NCBI GenBank assembly: GCA_031364845.1
Contig: JANLWX010000075.1
Location: 7,687 to 71,686, forward strand
Source: Candidatus Eiseniibacteriota bacterium
GTDB taxonomy: Bacteria > Eisenbacteria > RBG-16-71-46
Reading direction: 5' to 3'
DNA: 64,000 nucleotides
The number at the start of each line of letters is the position of its first letter. Position 1 is the stretch's first letter. Below the pieces are notes generated by a model, which was not told the DNA's origin, searched no databases, and saw nothing but the letters and a program-made list of their open reading frames with translations. Both the position numbers and the translations under genes were made by a program. This document shows, one piece after another, positions 9,653-20,112 of the stretch.

Positions 9653-10492
9653 ATGCCCGCTCCGCTGCGCCTGATGGCCGTGCTCGCCCACCCCGACGAT
9701 GAGACGCTGGGAATCGGCGGAACCCTCGCGAGATATGCCGCCGAAGGGGTCGAGACGTCGGTGATCACCGCGACCAGCGGGGACCGCGGCCGATTCGGCG
9801 AACACGCCTACGGCTCCGCGGGTCATCCCGGCGCGCGCCAGATCGCGCGCATCCGCGAGTCCGAACTGCGCGAAGCCGCCGTCGTGCTCGGGGTCCACGA
9901 CCTGTCGCTGCTCGGCTATCCCGACGGCCAGCTCGACCAGACCGATCCCCGCGAGATCATCCGCCGGCTGGTGGGAATCGTGCGCCGCGTGCGGCCCGAC
10001 GTCGTCGTCACGTTCGCCGCCGACGGCGGCTACGGGCATCCGGATCACATCGCGATCTCTCAGTTCACGAGTGCCGCGATGGTCGCCGCCGCCGATCCCG
10101 GCCACGTCGCGCTGCCCGGCGCTGCGGCTCTCGCGCCGCATGCCGTCGCCAAGCTCTACCAGCTGGCGTCGCCGCAGAGTGAGTGGGACATCTACCAGTC
10201 GGCGTTCAAGAAGCTCGTGTCCCACGTGGACGGCGTCGAGCGCCAGGCGGTGCCGTGGCCGGACTGGCAGCTCACGACCATGATCGATGCGCGCGAATAC
10301 GCAGCGACCGTGTGGAAGGCCGCCCGCTGCCACGTGTCCCAGGTCGAGAACTACGCCGGGCTCAAGGAGCTTTCGACGGCCGGCCACGTCGACTTGTGGG
10401 GCCGGCAGCACTTCTATCGCGCCTACAGCACCGTGAATGGCGGCCGGAAACCGGAAACCGATCTGTTCGAGGGCCTGCGCCAGGGGCGATGA
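9653..10492 (+). CDS. PIG-L/LmbE-family deacetylase
   Basis: AHPDDE, TSGDRG, RESEL, GYGHPDH, HVSQ motifs. Confidence 0.9.
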   Translation: MPAPLRLMAVLAHPDDETLGIGGTLARYAAEGVETSVITATSGDRGRFGEHAYGSAGHPGARQIARIRESELREAAVVLGVHDLSLLGYPDGQLDQTDPREIIRRLVGIVRRVRPDVVVTFAADGGYGHPDHIAISQFTSAAMVAAADPGHVALPGAAALAPHAVAKLYQLASPQSEWDIYQSAFKKLVSHVDGVERQAVPWPDWQLTTMIDAREYAATVWKAARCHVSQVENYAGLKELSTAGHVDLWGRQHFYRAYSTVNGGRKPETDLFEGLRQGR

Positions 10493-10742
10493 CACGCCCG
10501 GGCCGGTGCAGGCATTTCCCGCGATTCGGACCCTGGCCGCCGCCCCGGGCAAATCGCGAAGCCAGCGTTTCCGGCGGACGCGGAATGCGGTCCGCGCCCC
10601 CAAAATCAGGCGCAAAGCCCGGGATTTAGCCCGCCGATAACCCCTTGGAACCTCGGGTTCGCATCTCCGCGGGCTGCTGGGCTATCCTTACTCACGCCCT
10701 GGTCCGCACACGCCCGAATCGGACACCTTTGGAGCCTCCTCC

Positions 10743-12302
10743 ATGCGGCGTCATCTCGCTGGATTGCTCATGTCGATCGCCGCGCTGTCGTCGCCTGCCG
10801 CGCATGCCGCGCAGGTGCCGGACGGCTTCACCATGGAAACCGTGGTGGCCGGGTTCTACGAACCCAACAGCATGGCGTTCCTTCCGGACTGGCGCATCCT
10901 CATCACCGAGCAGCACACGGGGAAGGTGCGGCTGGTGGTCGGCGGCATACCCTCGATGATCGATCCGATCTATCTGGTCCCGGATCTCAACGCCGATGCC
11001 TACGAACGGGGCCTGCAAGGTATCGCAATCGATCCCGCGTGGCCGCAGCGGCCCTACGTTTACATCTACTACGATCAGACCGGCGGCCAGTGCAAGGTCG
11101 TGCGGCTCACGGCGACCGGTGATCTCGACGATCCTTCGGGCAACTATCTCCATCTCGCGAATCCCATCACGATCCTCGATGGGATTCCCGATGCGCGCAT
11201 CACCCACAACGGCGGCTGTCTGCGATTCGGACCCGACGGCCATCTGTACGTGAGCACCGGCGACGACGACGAACCGTGCGCGGCCGCCGATTCTTCTTCG
11301 CTGCTCGGCGCCATCCTGCGCCTGCGCGTTCATGGCCTCGAAGAGAACGTCAACGGCCGCGTGACGCGCGACCTCATCACCCCCTACGACAATCCGCTCT
11401 CGACGCCCGATTCGAATGCGCGCCTGGTGTGGGCCTACGGCATGCGCAATCCGTGGCGATTCAATATCGATCCCTACACCGGCAAACTCTACAGCGCCGA
11501 TGTCGGACTCATCACGTACGAAGAGATCAACGAAATCCTGCCGGGCGATTATCTCGGCTGGCCGTATCGCGAAGGTCCGGCAGTTCGACCGCGCGGGGCG
11601 TGCCCCGAGCCCGGCGGCACCGGCGCCAACTACTACAAACCCGCGACCGTGAGCATGCTGCGCAATCCGGACGTGCTGGTCTCGATCTCGAGCGGCGGAG
11701 TCTATCGGCCGCTCGTTGGCGCCTCCTACAACTGGCCGTTCGAATTCAGCGGCGACTTCTTCTATGGCGAGTACTACACCGGCGATCTCTACCGGCTTCG
11801 CAATGTGAAGGGCGTATGGATGCCGGGCGATTCGCTGCCGGGCCAGCCGAGCGGAGGACGCTTTGCGACCGGATTGCCGTCCGCGGTCGACTTCCACGTC
11901 GGCCCCGATGGCAGCCTCTACTTCCTGTCGCAATACGACAGCAGCCTGGTCGGTCCGACCGGACGCATCCAGCGCATCCGCCATCTCGGCCCGCCGCCTC
12001 CGCTGTCGGTCGACGAAGCCATGGTGAACCAGGTCTACTTCACCGGCACACCGAATCCGTTCGCCGGCGAGGCGCGCCTCGCGTTCCGTCTTCCGCGCTC
12101 AACGCAGGTTCGTCTCGACATCTACGATCTGTTGGGACGCCGTGTGCGACGCGTGCTCGATGGACCTGCGATCGCCGGTGAGACGCGCGTAGCGTGGGAC
12201 GGTGCCGACGCCGCGGGACGCGCGGTCGGACCGGGTGTCTATCTCGCGCGCCTCGAGTTCCTCGGCGTGTCGAAGTCGATAAGGCTGGTGCGGCTCAAAT
12301 AA
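10743..12302 (+). CDS. PQQ-dependent sugar dehydrogenase (GSDH family) with FlgD-Ig C-terminal domain
   Basis: Signal peptide; ERGLQGIAIDP, HNGGCLRFGPDG, AYGMRNPWR; C-terminal PNPF..IYDLLGRRVR..WDG..GVYLARL. Confidence 0.85.
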   Translation: MRRHLAGLLMSIAALSSPAAHAAQVPDGFTMETVVAGFYEPNSMAFLPDWRILITEQHTGKVRLVVGGIPSMIDPIYLVPDLNADAYERGLQGIAIDPAWPQRPYVYIYYDQTGGQCKVVRLTATGDLDDPSGNYLHLANPITILDGIPDARITHNGGCLRFGPDGHLYVSTGDDDEPCAAADSSSLLGAILRLRVHGLEENVNGRVTRDLITPYDNPLSTPDSNARLVWAYGMRNPWRFNIDPYTGKLYSADVGLITYEEINEILPGDYLGWPYREGPAVRPRGACPEPGGTGANYYKPATVSMLRNPDVLVSISSGGVYRPLVGASYNWPFEFSGDFFYGEYYTGDLYRLRNVKGVWMPGDSLPGQPSGGRFATGLPSAVDFHVGPDGSLYFLSQYDSSLVGPTGRIQRIRHLGPPPPLSVDEAMVNQVYFTGTPNPFAGEARLAFRLPRSTQVRLDIYDLLGRRVRRVLDGPAIAGETRVAWDGADAAGRAVGPGVYLARLEFLGVSKSIRLVRLK

Positions 12303-12330
12303 CCGTGACGACCTTTCGGGGTCGCCGCGC

Positions 12331-13500
12331 CTAAGATTCCCGCAAGCTCTTCGCGAGCGGTTGCCGCGCCGCGCGCAGTGACGGCAGGAACCCGCCCACC
12401 AACCCCATCAGCGCCGCGAACACGAGCCCCGCGATCAGCGCCTGCGGCGTGACGCGGAACGCGAACGCCAGTTCGCTGAACGAACTGAAGTTCGTGGTGC
12501 TGGTGACGATCCCGTTGATCGGCAGCGCGAGCAGGCATCCGATCAGGCCTCCGAACAGCGCCAGGATCACCGACTCGATCATGAACGACAGCATCACCGA
12601 CAGCGGCGTGAAGCCGAGCACCAGCAGCGTCGCGATCTCTCGCGTGCGCGCGCCGACCGCGGCGTACATGGTGTTCATCGCGCCGAACACGGCACCGACC
12701 GCCATGATCACGGTGATGAACACGCCCATGAAGCGGATGATGTTGCCGAGCAGCTCGGACTGCGATGAGTAGAACTCACTCTCGCGACGCAACTGGATGC
12801 CGAGCCGCGGATCGGCTTCGAGCTGCTTCTCGAGTGCCGCGAACGAGGCCGGATCCTTGAGTCTGAACGTGACACTCTGGAACGTGTTGTCGCGCTGGAG
12901 CGCCGGCATCAGCACCGCGTTGTCGCCCCAGATCTCAGACTCGAACGAGGCACCATCGCCGGTGAAGTGCCCGACGACCGTGAAGTCGCGTTGCTGAAAA
13001 CGGATCCGCTCGCCAATGCCACAGTTCTCGAATCGCTTCGCGATGCGTTCCCCGACGATCACTTCGTCGGTGCCGGGCGCGAACATGCGGCCGCTTACGA
13101 TCTTGATCTGAGGCCTAAGCCCGAGAGAACCGGGATCGATGCCGCGCACGGTGATGTTGGACGAGCCCGGCTGGCCGAGACGCGGCTTGTTGGTGACCAC
13201 GACGAGGTCGGCGCTCACGAGCGGCCGGCCGTCGCTGCCGGTCGCGACTCCGGGCAGCGCCCGCAGGATGTTGGCCTGATCACGGCTGATGCCGCTCGAG
13301 ATCTCGCTGCCGGCGCCCTTGCGCAACGCCATCGCGTTGTCGCTCGAGCCGCTCTTGATCAGTGCCGCCTGAAAGCCCGACGCGAGCGCGAGCGCTCCGA
13401 TGAAGATCGCCACCGTGAGCCCGACCCCGAGTGCGGTGGTCAGCGTCGAGACCGGCCGCTGGAACACGTTGCGCAGATTGTACGAGAGTGGAATCGCCAC
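12331..13500 (-). CDS. ABC transporter permease (MacB/FtsX family)
   Basis: N-terminal TM, periplasmic domain, NTMYAAV..RTREIATL..LGF. Confidence 0.9.
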   Translation of the reverse strand: MAIPLSYNLRNVFQRPVSTLTTALGVGLTVAIFIGALALASGFQAALIKSGSSDNAMALRKGAGSEISSGISRDQANILRALPGVATGSDGRPLVSADLVVVTNKPRLGQPGSSNITVRGIDPGSLGLRPQIKIVSGRMFAPGTDEVIVGERIAKRFENCGIGERIRFQQRDFTVVGHFTGDGASFESEIWGDNAVLMPALQRDNTFQSVTFRLKDPASFAALEKQLEADPRLGIQLRRESEFYSSQSELLGNIIRFMGVFITVIMAVGAVFGAMNTMYAAVGARTREIATLLVLGFTPLSVMLSFMIESVILALFGGLIGCLLALPINGIVTSTTNFSSFSELAFAFRVTPQALIAGLVFAALMGLVGGFLPSLRAARQPLAKSLRES

Positions 13501-13510
13501 GATCGGTCTC

Positions 13511-14707
13511 CTAGTTGACGCGACGCAGCGCGTCGACGATTCGCAGCTTCGAGGCCTGCCAGGCCGGGATCAATCCGCTCACGGCGCCCACCAGCAGTGC
13601 CACGCCGATGCCGGTGCCCACCGTCCGCCAGTGCACGCTCATCGGCGGCAACATGCCGCCCGCGTTGAATCCCGAGTTCTCGATCAGCAGCTTGGCGCCG
13701 ATGGCTCCGATCGATCCACCGATCAGCGTGATCGCCGCGGCCTCGATCAGCACCATGCGGAACACGGTGCCGTCCTCGAACCCGAGCGTCTTCAGCACGC
13801 CGAATTCATTGGTGCGCTCGCGGATCGCCATCACCATCGTGTTGGCGGCGACCAGCAGAATCGCGAAGGCGACCGCGAGGCCGATGACGCGGATCACGAA
13901 CGGCAGGTTGCCGTACATGCTGACGAATCCGGCCTGGAACGCGCGCTCCGACTCGGTGCGCGTCGCGGCGGAGGAGTTCTGGAACGTCGCGTCGATCTTG
14001 CGCGCGATGTCCGCCGCCTGATCAGGCGCCGAGAGTTGCAGCACGTAGACACCGACGCTGCCGCTGCCGCCCATGCCCTTCTCGCTCAGATAGTCCCAGT
14101 GGAAGAACATCGTCTCGTCGCCGAACGACTTGTTCTTCGCGCGGTACACCGCACGGATCGTGAGCGGCCACTCGCCAGGATAGATCGTGCCCGCGAGCGT
14201 GATGGTCTGGCCCAGCTTCCACTTGTTCTTGAGCATCAGCTTCTCGCCGACCACGCACGCGGTGCGCTCCATCATGTACGACGCGAGCTTGGGGTCCATG
14301 CCGGAAGGCATCGCCACCTGCATCTGCGGCGGCGAAGCGTCGACGATCTCCATGTCGGACGCGTAGATCGGAAAGAATGTCTTCCCATCGACCGCGAACT
14401 GCGCGAAGAAATTGCGCGGGTCCTTCGGATCCTGTCCGCCGAACCAGTTCTGGATCGTGACGTTGCTGACCCCGGGTGTGGCGGCGATGCGCTCGCGATA
14501 GGACAGCGGCATCGGGAAGATCAGCGAGATCGCGTTGCGCGACACGAGCCGCGTCTCGCTGCCGACCTCGATCGCCGCGTTCAGCGTGTCGAGCACTCCG
14601 CCGAGCGCGCAGAAAAGGAACAGCGCGACCATGACGCTCATCGTGGTGAGAAACGTCCGGCGCTTGTTGCGGCCGAGGTTGACGAGCACGAGTTTCAGGA
14701 AATTCAT
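13511..14707 (-). CDS. ABC transporter permease (MacB/FtsX family)
   Basis: RNKRRTFLT, ANTMVMAIRERTNEFGVLKTLGF, IVDALR. Confidence 0.9.
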   Translation of the reverse strand: MNFLKLVLVNLGRNKRRTFLTTMSVMVALFLFCALGGVLDTLNAAIEVGSETRLVSRNAISLIFPMPLSYRERIAATPGVSNVTIQNWFGGQDPKDPRNFFAQFAVDGKTFFPIYASDMEIVDASPPQMQVAMPSGMDPKLASYMMERTACVVGEKLMLKNKWKLGQTITLAGTIYPGEWPLTIRAVYRAKNKSFGDETMFFHWDYLSEKGMGGSGSVGVYVLQLSAPDQAADIARKIDATFQNSSAATRTESERAFQAGFVSMYGNLPFVIRVIGLAVAFAILLVAANTMVMAIRERTNEFGVLKTLGFEDGTVFRMVLIEAAAITLIGGSIGAIGAKLLIENSGFNAGGMLPPMSVHWRTVGTGIGVALLVGAVSGLIPAWQASKLRIVDALRRVN

Positions 14708-14720
14708 AGCGATCCCCGCG

Positions 14721-15392
14721 TCATTGGGAGAGAACGCCCTTGTCGAGGTGATGCACGTGCGTCGCGCGCTCGGCGGCGTGCGGATCGTGGGTCACCATGA
14801 TGATCGTCTTCTTGAATTCGCGATTGAGCCGCTCGAGCAACTGGAGAATCTCTTCGCCCGCCTTGCGGTCGAGATCGCCGGTCGGCTCGTCGGCGAGCAG
14901 AATCGCGGGATCGCTCACCACGGCGCGCGCGATCGCGACGCGCTGCTCCTGGCCGCCCGAGAGCTGGCGCGGATAGTGGCTCATGCGATCGCCGAGCCCG
15001 ACCAGCTGCAGCGCAGTCTCCGCGCGGCGCTTGCGCTCCTTGCCGCTCATCTTGAGCAGCAGCAGGGGAAGCTCGACGTTCTGCAGCGCGGTCAGCACGG
15101 GAATCAAATTGTAGAGCTGGAAGATGTAGCCGATGTTGCGCGAGCGCCAGCGCGCGAGCTGCGGGCCGCGCACTTGGGCGATGTTGGTCTCGCCGACGAT
15201 GATGTCGCCCGAGGTCGGCGCGTCGATGCCGCCGATCAGATTCAGCAGCGTGGTCTTGCCGCTGCCCGAGGGTCCCATGAGACCGGCGAAGTCGCCGTCG
15301 GGGATGTCGAGCGAGAGACCATCGAGAACCGTCACTTCCTGCGTGTCGCGCTTGTAGACCTTGCGGACGTTGCGGACCTGGATCGAAGCCAT
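14721..15392 (-). CDS. ABC transporter ATP-binding protein (LolD/MacB-like)
   Basis: [35 protein letters not shown]. Confidence 0.95.
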   Translation of the reverse strand: MASIQVRNVRKVYKRDTQEVTVLDGLSLDIPDGDFAGLMGPSGSGKTTLLNLIGGIDAPTSGDIIVGETNIAQVRGPQLARWRSRNIGYIFQLYNLIPVLTALQNVELPLLLLKMSGKERKRRAETALQLVGLGDRMSHYPRQLSGGQEQRVAIARAVVSDPAILLADEPTGDLDRKAGEEILQLLERLNREFKKTIIMVTHDPHAAERATHVHHLDKGVLSQ

Positions 15393-15465
15393 GCGGTCTC
15401 CTGTGGATCGCGGTGTTTCGGTGCGGCCGCGTCCGGCGTCTGCCGAGCGCGCGTTCCTCGCGCGG

Positions 15466-16647
15466 CTACTTCGCGGCGCGCACGCGCGCGCCTTCCTTGA
15501 GTCCCGAAGGCGGCGCGAGCACCAGGCTCTCTCCGCCGCTCAGGCCCGAGCGGATCTCGATGCTCTCTCCGTTCTCACGCCCCGGCTCGACCGTGCGCGA
15601 GACAGCGCGCTCCTTCTCGATCATCCACACCCGCGCGCTCTGCGCATCGCGCACCAGTGCTGCGACCGGAATCGTGACCCGCACCGGTGCTGCCGGGGCC
15701 GAGGTTCCCGCTTCGGCGGTGAACACGACCTTGGCGCCCATCTCGGGCAGGATGCGAGGATCGCGATCGAGAATCGCGACCTTCACCAGCACCGTCGCCT
15801 TCTGGCGGTCCGCGGTCGGCACCACCTGGCGCACACTGCCCGCGAACGAAGTGTCGGAGTACGCGTCGAGGGTGATGCGCGCCTCGTCGCCATTGTGGAT
15901 CTGCGCGATATACGCCTCGTTCACGTCGACCTCGACTTCGAGCGTTCCGAGATCGGCCATCGTCACGATCGCGGTGCGCGTGAGCCCGCCGCCCGCCGAG
16001 GCGGGGGAGACGATCTCGCCGACCTCGGCGTCCTTGCGCAGGATGGTGCCGTCGAACGGCGCTCGCACCAGCGTGTTCTCGAGCGTGGCGTCGGCGATGC
16101 GCTTCTGCGCGCGCGCGGTGTTGATGCCGGCCTTCAGCACTTCGACGCGCGTCATGACGTTCTCGAGTTCCGCCGGAGGAATCAGATCCTGCTTCCGCAG
16201 CGCCTGCGCACGTTCGAGGTCGCGTTCGGCCTGTGCCAGTTGTGCGCGCGCCTCGCCGATCTGCGCCTGCGCCGCTTCGACCTGAGCGCTGAAAATCCCG
16301 CTTTCGATGCGCGCGATCACCTGGCCCTTCTTCACGCGCGCGCCTTCGGTGACGCCCAAATACTCCATGCGGCCCGCGATCTTGGCCGACACCGACGCCT
16401 TGGTGCGCGCGACGACGTAGCCGTTGGCCGAAATGCCGGCGCCCGACACCGCCGTACCGCCCGTCACGGTCGCGGTGGTCGTCTGCACGGTCAGCGCCTT
16501 CGGCGAGCGCAGGAACCACCACGCCCCCGCGAGCACGACCAGCGCCACGAGCGCGAACAGCACGATCCGTCCGCGCCCGCCGGAGGGCGCCGGGCTCGGG
16601 TCACGATTGATGCGCAGATCGGAAATGTTCGGGGGTGCGGTGCTCAT
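15466..16647 (-). CDS. Efflux periplasmic adaptor (membrane fusion protein)
   Basis: N-terminal TM, lipoyl-like half motifs, coiled-coil hairpin, RAPFDG, EVDVNE, PEMGAKV. Confidence 0.9.
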   Translation of the reverse strand: MSTAPPNISDLRINRDPSPAPSGGRGRIVLFALVALVVLAGAWWFLRSPKALTVQTTTATVTGGTAVSGAGISANGYVVARTKASVSAKIAGRMEYLGVTEGARVKKGQVIARIESGIFSAQVEAAQAQIGEARAQLAQAERDLERAQALRKQDLIPPAELENVMTRVEVLKAGINTARAQKRIADATLENTLVRAPFDGTILRKDAEVGEIVSPASAGGGLTRTAIVTMADLGTLEVEVDVNEAYIAQIHNGDEARITLDAYSDTSFAGSVRQVVPTADRQKATVLVKVAILDRDPRILPEMGAKVVFTAEAGTSAPAAPVRVTIPVAALVRDAQSARVWMIEKERAVSRTVEPGRENGESIEIRSGLSGGESLVLAPPSGLKEGARVRAAK

Positions 16648-16754
16648 AGGGCCTCTGAGCCGACGGCGTGCGCGGATCGATGGGGGCGGATGCGACGCGC
16701 ATGATCGGCCACCGCGCGGGACAGGGTCAAGGCCGCGGCGTCGGGGTTGCCTGC

Positions 16755-16779
16755 GCTGGCGGTTCATGAATAGTCCGGG
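16755..16779. repeat. 25-bp dispersed repeat, copy 1
   Basis: GCTGGCGGTTCATGAATAGTCCGGG, identical to 57508-57532. Confidence 0.75.
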
Positions 16780-16846
16780 TTAGACTTCGAGCAATTGCAG
16801 CCGTGGTCGGTTCGACCCCGATCGAGGGCCATCCCCGGAGGAAACC

Positions 16847-17086
16847 ATGCCGTTCGTGATCGCGGAGCCGTGCATCGGCGTCAAGGACAAGTCCTGCGTC
16901 GAAGTGTGCCCGGTCAACTGCATCTATGAAGGTGACGACCAGTTCTACATCCATCCCGACGAGTGCATCGATTGTCAGGCGTGCGAGGCCGCGTGCCCGG
17001 TGCAGGCGATTTTTCCGGACAACGGCGTGCCCGACAAATGGAAGTCGTTCATCGAGAAGAATCGCGTTCACTTCGAGAACAAGTGA
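16847..17086 (+). CDS. Ferredoxin (7Fe/2x[4Fe-4S] type)
   Basis: CIGVKDKSCVEVCP..CIDCQACEAACP; GGAGG RBS. Confidence 0.95.
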   Translation: MPFVIAEPCIGVKDKSCVEVCPVNCIYEGDDQFYIHPDECIDCQACEAACPVQAIFPDNGVPDKWKSFIEKNRVHFENK

Positions 17087-17649
17087 ACACGACGCTGCCC
17101 GGCCGTGAGCAGGCACTCGCCCTGCTCCACGATTGGATCCAGAACCCCGGACTGCGCAAGCACTGCTACGCCGTCGAAGCCGGGATGCGTGCCTACGCGC
17201 GGCAGCTCGGCGAAGACGAAGAACGCTGGGGGCTCACCGGCCTGATCCACGACTTCGACTGGGAGCGCCATCCCGACGCGGAGCGCCATCCGATGCTCGG
17301 CGTCGATCATCTGCGATCGCTCGGCTGGCCCGAGGACATCTGCCGCGCCGTGCTCGGCCACGCGACCTACAGCGGCGTTCCGCGCGACACGCCGATGGCG
17401 CGCGCGCTGTTTGCGTGCGATGAACTGTGCGGGTTCTTGGTGGCCTGCGCGCTCGTGATGCCCACGAAATCGCTCGCCGATGTCGAAGTCGCCTCGGTGA
17501 AGAAGAAGCTCAAGCGCCTCGACTTCGCCCGCAACGTCAATCGCGACGACATCGTGAACGGAGCTGCCGAACTCGGCGTCGATCTCGATCAGCACATCGC
17601 CTTCACGCTCGAGGCGCTTCGCGGGATTCACGCGGAACTCGGCCTGTGA
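17083..17649 (+). CDS. HD-domain (HDIG-like) phosphohydrolase
   Basis: LRKH..AVE, GLIHDFD, H, ACDELCG, FARNVNR; GTG overlaps the ferredoxin stop. Confidence 0.85.
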   Translation: MNTTLPGREQALALLHDWIQNPGLRKHCYAVEAGMRAYARQLGEDEERWGLTGLIHDFDWERHPDAERHPMLGVDHLRSLGWPEDICRAVLGHATYSGVPRDTPMARALFACDELCGFLVACALVMPTKSLADVEVASVKKKLKRLDFARNVNRDDIVNGAAELGVDLDQHIAFTLEALRGIHAELGL

Positions 17650-18314
17650 TCGCAACCGTGCTGGCCGCGATCGCCGACAGCTCCGCGCACTTTCCCGGGG
17701 CCACACTCACGATGGGCGCCGCCGCCGACTCCGCGGACTACGCGATGAGGCTCGCGCGCCTTCACGAGTACCGCGCGTTCGTCGACCGCTGGCACGAGTT
17801 CTACCTCATGGTCGGCACCGCCGCCGTGACGCTCGCCGGACTTCTGTTCGTCGCGTTGTCGCTGCATCTCGAAGTGCTGGTGCAGGACCGTTTCGCCGCG
17901 CTGCTCGTGGTCGCGCGTTCGACGCTCAGCACGTTCGTCGTGCTGCTGATCGTCTCGCTCATGCTGCTCGCACCTGAACCCACGACCCGCACGACCGGTG
18001 TCACGCTGTTCGTGTTCTCGACGATCTTCCTGGTCGTGACCGTGCGCGAGATGCGCGGCGCGTTCCGCCACGAACACGCGGAGTTCTCGAAGAAGCTGAT
18101 CCGGCGCCGGCTGCTGTTCCCGGTGTTCGGCTACGCGCTGATTGGGTTGATTGGACTCTCGGTGATGTTCGGGGTCTTCGAGATGCTGTATCTCATGGTC
18201 AGCATCGCCTCGGGCCTACTCGCGAACGCGGTGTGGGCGTCGTGGGACCTGCTCGTGAAGGTCGCGCGCACGAAGGAGCGGATGAAGTCCGAAACGCCGG
18301 GCAACGGCCTGTGA
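17646..18314 (+). CDS. Membrane protein of unknown function
   Basis: WHEFYLMVGTAAVTLAGLLFVALS and ASWDLL; about 5 TM segments; start uncertain. Confidence 0.75.
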   Translation: MIATVLAAIADSSAHFPGATLTMGAAADSADYAMRLARLHEYRAFVDRWHEFYLMVGTAAVTLAGLLFVALSLHLEVLVQDRFAALLVVARSTLSTFVVLLIVSLMLLAPEPTTRTTGVTLFVFSTIFLVVTVREMRGAFRHEHAEFSKKLIRRRLLFPVFGYALIGLIGLSVMFGVFEMLYLMVSIASGLLANAVWASWDLLVKVARTKERMKSETPGNGL

Positions 18315-18429
18315 CGGGCTTCGGCGACACGCGCACCGGATGCTATGGTCGCACCGATGCCGGCTGCCCGAACGCGGCCGGAGAGCGTTGCCCGCGGGGC
18401 AGCACGATCGACATCACCGGGGGCATCCC

Positions 18430-19464
18430 ATGACTGGCATGATCGTGAGGGCGAGAGCACCGCTGAGGCTGGGACTCGCCGGCGGCGGCACCGACGTTTC
18501 GCCCTATTGCGACGAGTTCGGCGGATGCGTGCTCAACGCGACCATCGACCGCTACGCCTACGCCATCATCCACACGCTGGAAAAACCGCTCATCCGGCTG
18601 ATCTCGACCGATCGCCAGCAGGTGATCGAACTCCCGCTCGCGCCGCGGCTCGATCTCGACGGGCAGCTCGACCTGCACAAGGCGGTCTACAACCGGATCG
18701 TGAACGAGTTCAACGGCGGCGTTCCGCTCGCGGTCGAGCTGACCACGTCATGCGACGCGCCCGTGGGCTCGGGGCTCGGGGCTTCTTCGACGCTGGCAGT
18801 CGTGATGCTGAGGGCGTTCGCCGAGATGCTCAACCTGCCGCTCGACGATTATACGCTGGCGCACCTCGCCTACCAGGTCGAACGCGTGGATTGCGGACTT
18901 CAGGGCGGACGCCAGGACCAGTACGCCGCCACGTTCGGCGGATTCAATTTCATGGAGTTCTATGCCGATGACCGGGCAGTGATCAATTCGCTGCGGATCA
19001 AGAACTGGATCATCTGCGAACTCGAAGCGTCGCTGGTGCTGTTCTATACCGGTGTGTCGCGTGAATCGGCGAAGGTGATCGCGGACCAGAGCGCCAACGT
19101 GCAGTCGGGGGCCACGAAGACGGTCGAGGCGATGCACGCGCTCAAGCGCGAAGCGTGGCGCATGAAGGAGTGCATCCTGCGCGGTGACTTCGCGGGCATC
19201 GTCGATTCGATGCGCGAGGGATGGGCGAGCAAGAAGGCGACTTCGACGTCGGTGTCGAGTCCGCACATCGAATCGATCTTCGAACAGGCGCTCGAGGCGG
19301 GTGCGGCCGCGGGCAAGATCTCGGGGGCGGGCGGCGGCGGATTCATGATGTTCTTCGTGCCGCCCGAGAAGCGCATGGATGTCATCCGCACGCTCGGACG
19401 ATTCGAAGGCGAAGTCAGCAACTGCCACTTCACGAAGATCGGCACGCAGGGCTGGAGATTGTGA
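18430..19464 (+). CDS. hddA: D-glycero-alpha-D-manno-heptose-7-phosphate kinase (GHMP family)
   Basis: APLRLGLAGGGTD, PVGSGLGASS, GGRQDQY, KISGAGGGGF; adjacent to gmhA. Confidence 0.88.
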   Translation: MTGMIVRARAPLRLGLAGGGTDVSPYCDEFGGCVLNATIDRYAYAIIHTLEKPLIRLISTDRQQVIELPLAPRLDLDGQLDLHKAVYNRIVNEFNGGVPLAVELTTSCDAPVGSGLGASSTLAVVMLRAFAEMLNLPLDDYTLAHLAYQVERVDCGLQGGRQDQYAATFGGFNFMEFYADDRAVINSLRIKNWIICELEASLVLFYTGVSRESAKVIADQSANVQSGATKTVEAMHALKREAWRMKECILRGDFAGIVDSMREGWASKKATSTSVSSPHIESIFEQALEAGAAAGKISGAGGGGFMMFFVPPEKRMDVIRTLGRFEGEVSNCHFTKIGTQGWRL

Positions 19465-20045
19465 TGCGCGCGTTCATCGGACAGGAACTGGAGAACAGCC
19501 GCGCCGTGGTCGCCGCCATGGCGGACGATGCGGCGCTGGCCACCGTCATCGAAGCGGTGGCGCGGGCCTCGATCGTCGCACTCCAGGCCGGAAACAAGAT
19601 TCTATTGATGGGAAATGGCGGAAGTGCGGCCGACGCGCAGCACCTGGCCGGCGAACTGGTGAGCCGCTTCGCCTACGACCGCCCGGGCCTGCCGGCGTTC
19701 GCGCTCACCACCGACACGTCGGTGCTGACCGCGATCGGCAACGACTACGGCTACGAGCGGCTGTTCGCGCGCCAGGTCGAAGCGGTCGGCCGCCGCGGCG
19801 ACGTGCTGTTCGGGATCTCGACCTCCGGCAAGTCGCCGAACATTCTGGCCGCGCTCGAGGCCGCACGATCGCTCGGGATCATCACCGTCGGCATGACCGG
19901 CAACCACGGCGCCCGCATCGTCGAGCGGGTGGATCACTGCATCCAGATTCCGTCCGGCAGCACGCCCAAGATCCAGGAAGGCCACATCATCAGCGGGCAC
20001 ATCATCTGCGGCCTGATCGAACGCGCGATGTTTCCGCGCGATTGA
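19464..20045 (+). CDS. gmhA: D-sedoheptulose-7-phosphate isomerase
   Basis: GNGGSAADAQH, TAIGNDYGY, ISTSGKSPN, IQEGH. Confidence 0.95.
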   Translation: MRAFIGQELENSRAVVAAMADDAALATVIEAVARASIVALQAGNKILLMGNGGSAADAQHLAGELVSRFAYDRPGLPAFALTTDTSVLTAIGNDYGYERLFARQVEAVGRRGDVLFGISTSGKSPNILAALEAARSLGIITVGMTGNHGARIVERVDHCIQIPSGSTPKIQEGHIISGHIICGLIERAMFPRD

Positions 20046-20112
20046 CCCGCTGGGTTCCGGTGGGAGCGCGCGCATCGCTCCCGTCCTCATTCACGAGAGG
20101 CAGACGTCCGTC

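Noticed and set aside
16803-16835. tRNA T-arm-like sequence GTCGG-TTCGACC-CCGAT
   Set aside because: No acceptor stem, D arm or anticodon arm upstream
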